Positions 36,382-44,849 of a stretch of DNA of 64,000 nt are shown one piece after another (position 1 is the first letter of the stretch; every line of letters starts with the position of its first letter). Below the pieces are notes generated by a model. It saw only the letters and a program-made list of their open reading frames with translations. It was not told the DNA's origin and searched no databases. The position numbers were made by a program, and so were the translations under genes. The stretch comes from Syntrophales bacterium. GTDB taxonomy: Bacteria > Desulfobacterota > Syntrophia > Syntrophales > PHBD01. The DNA is taken from positions 3,136,001 through 3,200,000 of the forward strand of contig OY764159.1 of the NCBI GenBank assembly GCA_963668175.1. Direction: 5' to 3'.

Positions 36382-37860
36382 TTAATACCAGGAACGCTTC
36401 GCACGGAAGATCCCCTTCGTCGATTCCTTCACCGGAATCCCCGCCAGCTTCTTCACCAGGTTCTTCGAATGCTCGATGTTGTGGTCGCGGTAGATAGCCA
36501 CCTTCTCGATCACGGGCGAACCCCCGCCGTGCAGCGCGTCGATCAGCTTGTGGCCGCCCCACGTCGACGTCATCATGTCCTGGAACAGACGGAACGCACG
36601 GTGCTGATCCTCGCCCGATACATCCGGATTCCTCATGATGTATTTCTCCAGGAACGGACCGATCTTCTTGTCCGCAAAATCCTCCTCCGCAGGCAGCGTA
36701 CAAGCCAAACCGCCAGCGATCGCCGCCAGGTGCTCGTACTCCTGGTAGATCGACTCGCCCGCCAGCATCCGGCCCGCGTTCACGTAGTTCGTATCCGGTA
36801 CGTACGTCCCCGAATCCGCACGCGTCGAATGGATCGCCGACGCAATCCCCGCCGCATAGATCAAATCCACGATCTGGATCATCTCCGCCAACGTATGACG
36901 AACATGGCCCGCATTGCCGATCCCGTTGTACTCCGCCGCCAGCGCCGTCGCTCCCAGAACAACCTCGGAAAGCGCCGCCTTGCAGCCCGTGTAGCTGTGT
37001 CGGTGGAACAACGCAAAATACAGCGCCGCCTTGCCCGCCTGCTCCGTCTCGCCGCACAAAAACACACGCTCCCACGGCACAAACACATGGTCCAATATCG
37101 TCAACGAATGCGAAAAACCGATGTTCGAATGCGGAGCCATCAGCTTTTGACGCTGAGGTGGATGGAACGGCGCATTCACCAGCGTCACGCCCTCCGCGTC
37201 CGCCGGAATCGCAAACGCCACCGCCCAGTCCGACTCGTCTTCCATCATGTTCCGGTAAGGCAAAAAGATGATCTCGTCCGCATACACCGACGCCGAGTTG
37301 TGCGCCTTCGCCCCGTTCACGATGATGCCGTCCGGCCTCTTCTCCACCACACGCACATACAAATCCGGGTCCTTCTGCTTCGCAGGACGCCACGCACGGT
37401 TACCCTTCGCGTCCGTCTGCGCACACACCAGACACAGGTCCTCTTTCTGCACCTTCTTCAGGTATTCCAGAAACCGCTTGTTGTACTCCGTCCCGTGCTT
37501 CTGGTCCGCATCGTACGTCGCAATCGACAGCGAGTTCAAGCCGTCCACGCCCATGCAGCGCTGGATGCAACCGCCCACTTCCTGGCAGTACAGACGCGTC
37601 ATCTTCTGCTTGTTCAAAAGGTCTTCCACGCTCTGATGGATATGCGTGTAGCGGTTGATCGTCTCGCCCGTCAGATGCGACTTCGTCACACCCACGCTCT
37701 CAAAATCCGGGTCCTTCACAAAATCGTACGTCGTCGTCATGACGTTGATGCCCCCGACGATCGACGGATCGAACCTGTCCACAAACTGCCCTCTCTGAAA
37801 TACATTCCGCCGCATCTTTGCAATGCGCTCCCTGTATTGCTTTCCCGTTATCATGTTCAT
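36382..37860 (-). CDS. abfD: 4-hydroxybutyryl-CoA dehydratase-like FAD/[4Fe-4S] enzyme (AbfD/HpaB family)
   Basis: CIQRC and HRHSYTGCK carry the three Cys plus His and Tyr typical of AbfD; also QTDAKGNR and HGGGSP. Start may be 37854. Confidence 0.8.
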   Translation of the reverse strand: MNMITGKQYRERIAKMRRNVFQRGQFVDRFDPSIVGGINVMTTTYDFVKDPDFESVGVTKSHLTGETINRYTHIHQSVEDLLNKQKMTRLYCQEVGGCIQRCMGVDGLNSLSIATYDADQKHGTEYNKRFLEYLKKVQKEDLCLVCAQTDAKGNRAWRPAKQKDPDLYVRVVEKRPDGIIVNGAKAHNSASVYADEIIFLPYRNMMEDESDWAVAFAIPADAEGVTLVNAPFHPPQRQKLMAPHSNIGFSHSLTILDHVFVPWERVFLCGETEQAGKAALYFALFHRHSYTGCKAALSEVVLGATALAAEYNGIGNAGHVRHTLAEMIQIVDLIYAAGIASAIHSTRADSGTYVPDTNYVNAGRMLAGESIYQEYEHLAAIAGGLACTLPAEEDFADKKIGPFLEKYIMRNPDVSGEDQHRAFRLFQDMMTSTWGGHKLIDALHGGGSPVIEKVAIYRDHNIEHSKNLVKKLAGIPVKESTKGIFRAKRSWY

Positions 37861-38345
37861 TCCTCCTTAAAAGTTGATTTTAGGCCTATTTCCTCACGAA
37901 GGCATCGCCATCGATGCTGTTTCATGCTCCCGCCGTTTAAGCGGCTTCTTATTCTATGTATACGGCAATCTTCACAGCCTTGCGGATGACGGATGCCGGG
38001 TTTCTTTAAGTTTGAATAATGAGAAGACGGAAATGTTCCGCCTTCCATGCCCATATACGATGTCCAGTCTGTCAAAGACAGGCCGCGGTTCAAAGCCGTG
38101 TAACGGGAAGAGCGGATATTGCTCTGCCGCAACTTCAACGGCTTGATCTGCAGCGGCATGTCCTCGCATAACTTCATGGAAAAGATGCGGAGCTTTCCCT
38201 AAAGAGAAGAATGCTTGCGCAGGTGGTTACGAAAACATTTCAAAGACGCTTTTGTGCGGCCCCGGCGCCCGGCAGCGGCCGGGCTCATGCAGCGGCTCCC
38301 GGAACATGTGAAAGGCCGCGTCGTTCCGGGAAAGGCCGTTCTATC

Positions 38346-39380
38346 TTATTCGCTCTTAAAGATGACCTTGATGGCCTTCTCCTCGATACAGAGCTTGAAT
38401 CCCTTGTCCAGTTCGGCCAGCGGCAGGACATGGGTCACGACCTGACCGAAATTGATTCTTCCGTCCACGACCAACTCGGTCGCCCGGGTATAGTCGTCGA
38501 ACGTGTAGCAGAAAGAGCCTACGAGCGTATACTCGTTCCTCACGAGGGTCAGGAGATCGACATTTGCCGGTTCGTGGAAAATGCCCGCCACGACGACGGT
38601 CCCGTGAGGCAGAAGCATTTTGAAGCAGTCTTTGAAAACGACGGGGTTTCCCGTGGCCTCGACGATGACGTCGGCACCGCTCCTCCCCGTCAGCTTCCGG
38701 AAACGCTCCTGGACATCTTCCTTCCCGGCGTTGATCGTCAGGGCGCCGAGTTTCTTGGCCGCCTTAAGCCTGCTTTCCACCAGGCCGACCACCACGACGC
38801 TCCGGAACCCCATGAGTTTCAACAATTGCGCCGTGTAAAGACCGATGGGACCAGGCCCGTACACAAGAACCGTCCTGTCGATGCTGACCGCGCCTATTTT
38901 CTTTACGACGTTGTAGGCGACGGCGATGGGTTCGATCGATGCACCCTCGACGACGGAAAAACCCTTGGGCAGCGTATGGACGGTTGTCGCCTTGACCGCG
39001 ATATACTCGGCAAAGGCGCCGTCGACATGAATGCCGTATTCCGTCAGTTTTTCGCATTGGGCCTCGAAACCCCGGCGGCACGGCTCACAGAGGCCGCAAT
39101 TGATGATGATGCCGGGGGTGACCAGGTCGCCCATCGAGATATCCTGAACGCCGGGACCGACTTCTACGACCTCGCCGCAGAATTCGTGGCCGGGGACGAG
39201 CCCCTCCGGTACGTGCCTCTTACCGGCATAAATCCCGATATCCGTCCCGCAGATACCGACGGCCTTGACCTTGACCAGAACTTCACCGGGGCCTATTTTC
39301 GGCACCGGCAGAGTGGCGTGGGTAAAGCCGTATACGCCGTCCTTCTTAATCCAGGCGTCCATCTGGGTCTTCCGTTTCAT
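38346..39380 (-). CDS. zinc-dependent alcohol dehydrogenase (MDR, sorbitol/threonine DH-like)
   Basis: GICGTD, GHEFCG, C..C..C.......C structural Zn site and GPGPIG. Confidence 0.93.
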   Translation of the reverse strand: MKRKTQMDAWIKKDGVYGFTHATLPVPKIGPGEVLVKVKAVGICGTDIGIYAGKRHVPEGLVPGHEFCGEVVEVGPGVQDISMGDLVTPGIIINCGLCEPCRRGFEAQCEKLTEYGIHVDGAFAEYIAVKATTVHTLPKGFSVVEGASIEPIAVAYNVVKKIGAVSIDRTVLVYGPGPIGLYTAQLLKLMGFRSVVVVGLVESRLKAAKKLGALTINAGKEDVQERFRKLTGRSGADVIVEATGNPVVFKDCFKMLLPHGTVVVAGIFHEPANVDLLTLVRNEYTLVGSFCYTFDDYTRATELVVDGRINFGQVVTHVLPLAELDKGFKLCIEEKAIKVIFKSE

Positions 39381-39423
39381 CTTTCTTCTCCCTCGCGCGA
39401 CATTGTAGATTGAGAACCCGGTT

Positions 39424-40134
39424 TTATATGCCCAGGTAAGCCTTCTTCAGGTATTCGTTGTTGAGAAGTTCCTCGCCGGTGCCCTTGATCACGATCTTGC
39501 CCGTCTCCAGAACGTTGCCGTGGTCCGCTATTCTCAGGGACTGTTTGACGTTCTGTTCGACCAGAAGGACCGTAATGCCCTGCTTCTTGATATCCTGGAT
39601 GATTTCAAAGACCTTTTCGACCATGACCGGCGACAGGCCCAGCGACGGCTCGTCGAACATCAGCACCTCCGGCTTCGCCATGAGTCCGCGGGCGATGGCG
39701 CACATCTGTTGCTCGCCTCCGGAAAGGGAACCTGCAAGCTGCTTTTCCCTCTCCTTGAGCTTGGGCAGGATCGTGTAGACCATTTCCAGCGTCTGCTTTC
39801 GCACTTTTCTGGCCTTGGACGTATAGGCGCCCAACTCCAGGTTCTCCAGGATGGTCATCTCCGGAAAGAGCTTCCGCCCTTCGGGGACCTGAATGACACC
39901 CAACTCTACGATCTTGTTGGGTTCCATGTTCTGGATGGCCTTGCCCTTGTATTCGATGGTCCCTTTACGGCACTTGTTGATCCCGGAGATCGTATTGATC
40001 GTCGTCGATTTTCCCGACGCATTCGATCCGACGAGAACGACGATCTCTCCCTGTTCGATGCTCATGGAAACCCCGTCCAGCACCTTGATGTCGCCATGGA
40101 AGACATCGATATCTTTTATGTTAAGCATTTCCAT
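39424..40134 (-). CDS. livF: branched-chain amino acid-type ABC transporter ATPase
   Basis: GSNASGKST, LSGGEQQM and DEPSLGL motifs. Confidence 0.9.
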   Translation of the reverse strand: MEMLNIKDIDVFHGDIKVLDGVSMSIEQGEIVVLVGSNASGKSTTINTISGINKCRKGTIEYKGKAIQNMEPNKIVELGVIQVPEGRKLFPEMTILENLELGAYTSKARKVRKQTLEMVYTILPKLKEREKQLAGSLSGGEQQMCAIARGLMAKPEVLMFDEPSLGLSPVMVEKVFEIIQDIKKQGITVLLVEQNVKQSLRIADHGNVLETGKIVIKGTGEELLNNEYLKKAYLGI

Positions 40135-40846
40135 GCTCCTTCCCTAGATAGGCCTCGATGACGACCGGGTTTCTGGAAATTTCCTCGGGCAATCCCTCGG
40201 AAATTTTTTCGCCGTGATCCAGGACAACGATCCGGTCCGACAGCGTCATGATGACCTTCATGATATGCTCGATCACGAATATCGTGATGCCGCGGTCCCT
40301 GATCTTGGAAATCACGATGAGGATTTCGTTGATCTCCGTCGGCGTGAGTCCGGCCATGACCTCGTCAAGCAGAAGGAGTTCCGGGTCCGTGGCCAGTGCC
40401 TTCGCCAGTTCCAGACGCTTGCGGTCGCCGATCGTCAAGTGCTTCCCGAGGCGCTTCTTCTTTTTCGCCAGATCGACGAACTCAAGCACTTCCTCCGCCT
40501 TCCGGGCCGCATCGCCCTTCTTGGGATGGCGGCAGAAAGCGGCGGCCATGACGTTGTCGAGAACGGTCATGTTCGCGAAGGGCTTCACCTTCTGAAACGT
40601 TCTTCCTATTCCCAGGTTGCAGGCATGATCGGGCAGGCAGCAGTTGCAGATTTCGCATCCATTGAACTGGATACTGCCGCTCGACGAGGGGAGCGAACCG
40701 GTAATGAGGTTGAAGACTGTCGTCTTTCCGGCGCCGTTCGGTCCGATAAGACCCAGAATTTCGCCGCGCTTTATATGGAAGTCCACGTTCTTCACGGCCG
40801 CGAGACCTCCAAAATATTTTGTCAATCCTTTGACTTCCAGAATCAT
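40121..40846 (-). CDS. livG: branched-chain amino acid-type ABC transporter ATPase
   Basis: GPNGAGKTT, GRTFQ, LLLLDE and VIEAYLG motifs. Confidence 0.9.
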   Translation of the reverse strand: MILEVKGLTKYFGGLAAVKNVDFHIKRGEILGLIGPNGAGKTTVFNLITGSLPSSSGSIQFNGCEICNCCLPDHACNLGIGRTFQKVKPFANMTVLDNVMAAAFCRHPKKGDAARKAEEVLEFVDLAKKKKRLGKHLTIGDRKRLELAKALATDPELLLLDEVMAGLTPTEINEILIVISKIRDRGITIFVIEHIMKVIMTLSDRIVVLDHGEKISEGLPEEISRNPVVIEAYLGKEHGNA

Positions 40847-41835
40847 TGTTTCACCTCTTGTCTCTTGGCGAACTTCGCCTTCAGGCGGCGAACCATGTCA
40901 TTGCCCCATACGACAACGCCTTCCGGCATCATAAGCACAACTACGATAAGGATCAGGCCGTAAATGGCAATGTGCAGACCCGAATAAGAGCCTCCCAGCC
41001 ATGCCCTCAGGAATTCTCCGAGGGGCGTCAGGATGAAGGCTCCAAGGATCGGGCCGACCACGGTCCCCAGGCCGCCGATGATGCTCATCAGGGCGAACTG
41101 CGTGGAAAGCTCCGCCGAGAACACGGTCCTTGGTTCGATGAACAGAATATATTGAGCGTAGAATACGCCTGCGACACCCGCGAAGAAGGCGCTGACCATG
41201 ACGGCATACAGTTTATACTTGGCTGTATTGATGCCGATGGCCCTTGCCGCTTCTTCGTCCTCCCGGAGGGAAAGCAGATAGTATCCCATTTTCGATGTCG
41301 CAATTTTATAGGTAATAAAAATCACGAGCAGAAGCAGAACCAGCATGATGTAGTAATACCAGATTTTTTCACGAAACATGAGATTCCAGAAGCCGGGTTT
41401 GAAGGGAATGAGGAGCCCGACCGCCCCTCCCGTCAATTCGCGGAAGTAGCTGGCCAGGATGGATACGACTTCGCCGAAGGCGATAGTCGCCAGGGTAAAG
41501 AAAGGCCCGCGCAGCCGGAAACAGGGATAACTGATACCGCTTGCAACGGCCATGGCCAGAAAGCCTCCGCAAAGAAGGCCTATCCAGGGACTGACGCCCA
41601 TCTTCAGATAGAGAATCGTCGACGTGTAAGCCCCGATTCCGAAAAAGGCGGCATGTCCCAGGGAAATCTGCCCGGCGATCCCGCCGATGATGTTCCAGGA
41701 CGCCGTCAGGGTCGCCCAGAAGAATATCATGATCAGGTTGTGGAGATAGAAATTGTTCCTGACGAACAGCGGTATCAGCATCAGGGCCGCGCCGAATAAC
41801 ACAAAATAAATAAGGTATTTTCTGTCTTTAGTCAT
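40843..41835 (-). CDS. livM: branched-chain amino acid-type ABC permease
   Basis: GQISLGHAAFFGIGAY and REDEEAARAIGIN motifs. Confidence 0.9.
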   Translation of the reverse strand: MTKDRKYLIYFVLFGAALMLIPLFVRNNFYLHNLIMIFFWATLTASWNIIGGIAGQISLGHAAFFGIGAYTSTILYLKMGVSPWIGLLCGGFLAMAVASGISYPCFRLRGPFFTLATIAFGEVVSILASYFRELTGGAVGLLIPFKPGFWNLMFREKIWYYYIMLVLLLLVIFITYKIATSKMGYYLLSLREDEEAARAIGINTAKYKLYAVMVSAFFAGVAGVFYAQYILFIEPRTVFSAELSTQFALMSIIGGLGTVVGPILGAFILTPLGEFLRAWLGGSYSGLHIAIYGLILIVVVLMMPEGVVVWGNDMVRRLKAKFAKRQEVKQ

Positions 41836-41841
41836 AGTTGA

Positions 41842-42717
41842 TCACGTCGCCTCCGCTCCACGGACGCCGAAGAGACCGTTGGGTCTAAACAGCAGTACCA
41901 AGATGAAAAGAATAAAATAGATCGCTTCCTTGAGGGTCGGATCGACGTACGTGCCGCTGATGGATTCCACCAGTCCGATCAGGAGACCGCCAATGAAGGC
42001 TCCTTTCATATCCCCCATGCCGCCCAGGACGACCACGACGAAGGAGGTAATCCCGAAATACGTTCCCACCGACGGGAAAACATAGTAGACGGGCAGAAGG
42101 ACGCAGCCGGCAAAACCGAGGCAGGCCGTTCCCAGTCCGAAAGCCAGAAGGTAGATCCGTTTAACGTTGATGCCCATCAGGAGCGCCGCTTCGCGGTTCT
42201 GCGAAACGGAACGCAACGCCTTTCCTGCATACGTATATTTCAAGAAATAGAAGAAGCCGATACTGACCGCCATGGCGATGATGAATGTAACCAGGCGGGG
42301 ATAGCTGAAGACGATGGGACCGATATCGTAGTTGATGCTCTGATAGGCCGTCCGGACCGTCCGGTAATCCGCCTTCCACAAGAAGAGTGCCATATTCGAA
42401 AGTACGAGGCCAACGCCGACGGTGGCGAAGATCTGCATGGCATCAGGGGCTTTCAGGATTGGGTTAATGACGATTTTCTGGGTGGCTACGCCGAGGAAAA
42501 ACATGGCCGGAACGACAAGCACGACGGAGAGATACGGATCCAGGTGGAGGAGAGTAAAAGACCAGAAGGCCAGATACATCGCGATCATTAGGAACTCGCC
42601 GTGGGCAAAATTGATGACTTTGACGATACCGAATATCAGTGTCAATCCTATACTAATCAGAGAATAAATGCCGCCCAGTAAAATACCGGATACAACAACT
42701 TGCATGAATTGTACCAA
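41842..42717 (-). CDS. livH: branched-chain amino acid-type ABC permease
   Basis: GLTLIFG...INFAHGE and VVLGGMG motifs. Confidence 0.9.
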   Translation of the reverse strand: MVQFMQVVVSGILLGGIYSLISIGLTLIFGIVKVINFAHGEFLMIAMYLAFWSFTLLHLDPYLSVVLVVPAMFFLGVATQKIVINPILKAPDAMQIFATVGVGLVLSNMALFLWKADYRTVRTAYQSINYDIGPIVFSYPRLVTFIIAMAVSIGFFYFLKYTYAGKALRSVSQNREAALLMGINVKRIYLLAFGLGTACLGFAGCVLLPVYYVFPSVGTYFGITSFVVVVLGGMGDMKGAFIGGLLIGLVESISGTYVDPTLKEAIYFILFILVLLFRPNGLFGVRGAEAT

Positions 42718-42816
42718 TGGTTTTTACTCCTCTCTGCTGCAATAAATCGCCGTCAGGCCCCCCGCTGCATCCTACGCGGGAGGCCTAAGCGAAATGCGAT
42801 TTTTATGGCATTTTGG

Positions 42817-44082
42817 TTACTTGGTGGTTTTCCACGGTTTCTGGGGCAGCAGAATCTTGTCTGTCGCTGCGTACTTCTCGGGCCAGACGGTGATCTGCCT
42901 GTTGTTCTGCCACTGGGAAACGAGCGGGAACGCCGCTGTGTTCTGACCCATATTGGCCGGGTTGGAGGGCTCGAACTTCGCGCCGTAACCGGCTGCAGTC
43001 TCTCCATCCGGGATATTGATCTCAAGGGCGCCCTTCCTGATGGCGTCCGCATTCATCTGGCCGCCGCCCTTTTCTATAGCTTCCAGCAGGAGGAGGGTCC
43101 CCTGGTAGGCCACCAGCGAGTGGGCGGACTTGGGTTCGCTTCCGTAAGTCTCTTTGTAAAGCTTGTTGAATTCTTCGATGCCTTTGGCGAATTTCGGGTT
43201 AAGGTCGACCTGGGGATAATCGACATTGAAGATACCGTTTACCTCGTCACCCATGGCGTCGGCAAAATCTCTCAGGGCGTATCCGCCACCCTGGCCGATA
43301 TAGGCCTTGATCATGTTCAGGCCGAGTTCCTTTGCCTGACGGAAGAAGAGAATCGTATCGGTGATGTAGGAGGTGTGGATCAGGACATCGGGTTTGACGT
43401 CTTTCAGTTTCAAGACAACGGCGGAAAGGTCGTTGCTCTTCGCGCTGTAACGAATGCGGGCGGCAATCTTCATGCCCTGCGCCGCCGCTTCTTTCTCCGC
43501 CCAGTCGCCGCAGGTCGTACCGTACATCGAGTCTTCACCGATGACGGCAATCTTCAGATCTTCGGGTTTCTTACCCAGCTTCGGGGCGATGGCCTTGGCG
43601 AAACGAACGCCGTAGATGCCGTAGCTGGAAGCCGTGGGAACCGTCCGGAAAAGATACTTGTAGCTGCGGCTGGTGATCGGGTCGGAAATACCGCCTACTT
43701 CCCAGTAGATGACGCCGTTTCTTTCCGCGACTTCACTGGCGGCGAAGGAAAGGGAGCTGGAATACGTTCCAACGATCGCTTTGAGCCCTTCCTTACTGAT
43801 AAGACGGTCCGCTTCGGACACCGCGGCAGTCGCATCGGGTGCATCCGCCTTGACAAGCTCGATCTTTTTGCCGCCGATACCGCCGGCCGCATTCTTAACC
43901 TTCACGGCCAATTCGGCGCCGCGGAAGTTTTCCGTTCCTAATGCAGCCAGGTTGCCGCTGAACGGATACAATGCACCGATTCTCAGTGTGTCACCTTTCT
44001 TCCCCTGATCGCCGCCGGAACAACCGAGTATTAACCCAGCCGCAAGGCTTGCCATCAGCAATACCATCAATACTTTCTTCAT
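42817..44082 (-). CDS. ABC transporter substrate-binding lipoprotein (LivJ/LivK-like)
   Basis: Lipobox ILGC; IGALYPFSG, GTYSSS and YLFRT motifs. Confidence 0.88.
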   Translation of the reverse strand: MKKVLMVLLMASLAAGLILGCSGGDQGKKGDTLRIGALYPFSGNLAALGTENFRGAELAVKVKNAAGGIGGKKIELVKADAPDATAAVSEADRLISKEGLKAIVGTYSSSLSFAASEVAERNGVIYWEVGGISDPITSRSYKYLFRTVPTASSYGIYGVRFAKAIAPKLGKKPEDLKIAVIGEDSMYGTTCGDWAEKEAAAQGMKIAARIRYSAKSNDLSAVVLKLKDVKPDVLIHTSYITDTILFFRQAKELGLNMIKAYIGQGGGYALRDFADAMGDEVNGIFNVDYPQVDLNPKFAKGIEEFNKLYKETYGSEPKSAHSLVAYQGTLLLLEAIEKGGGQMNADAIRKGALEINIPDGETAAGYGAKFEPSNPANMGQNTAAFPLVSQWQNNRQITVWPEKYAATDKILLPQKPWKTTK

Positions 44083-44849
44083 TATCTTCCTCCGTTGGTT
44101 GAATTATTTGATCATACGCCGACTGCTCGTCGGCCATGCTTCCCTCGTTCCGTGATCGGCAATCCGTTTAGAAGCACCGGTCACGTTGCACGATCCATAC
44201 CATTTACGCCTGTTCGACCGCATTTTCATGTTCGGAGCCATCTGCGAAACGACGGCACCTTCAATGATATTCCTTTGCGGATTCGGAAGTTGTTTGAGAA
44301 ATGGATTTGCCAAAAAAACCACCATGGGTATTCCATGTGGGTTGTCGAATATCATCTATTGTCACGCTGAATTCAGCCGAATTACGAGAATAACCGGATC
44401 AACACCTCCCGCCCATCAGCAAGTAACCGTTCACACTTAACAATTGCGATAATCAGATTGCATAAAATCGTACACAATTAACCTATACGTTTTGGTAGAC
44501 AATCTTGTATAACATCGGACCTTCGTTGTCAATAAGATTTTATCTCGCATTTTTATAGGACAAAAAATGTCAATATTATAGGTATTTGTCTGAGACTACA
44601 CTTTCGACCATTTTCAGTTCGTCGAGGATGACGCGACGTCTTTGACCCGTCTCTATCCTTCTTAAGAGCTGCGTTTTATCGAATCGGGACGATCGGGTCT
44701 TGACAAGGAGACCGGATTTGTACCATTCTATCTTCCGATGATATGGTTTCCGCGGATATCACCGCCTACCTGCGAAATGCCGTTACAGCATTGAAAACAG
44801 CCGGTTTGCCGCTTTCATCCAGTAAATTCCCTGCATTAAAAGGATCGAC

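Noticed and set aside
36382..37860. 4-hydroxyphenylacetate 3-monooxygenase (HpaB)
   Set aside because: It retains the Fe-S ligand Cys/His motifs of AbfD and sits with CoA-ester enzymes; no flavin reductase is nearby.
37857..38177. 106-aa ORF overlapping the abfD start
   Set aside because: No recognisable motif; the overlap arises from the abfD RBS sequence. A decayed remnant cannot be excluded.
44104..44355. 83-aa ORF upstream of the ABC binding protein, and GntR-like GTA-N-ACAA sites near 44470-44515
   Set aside because: The ORF lacks an RBS and family features; the sites are too degenerate to call.
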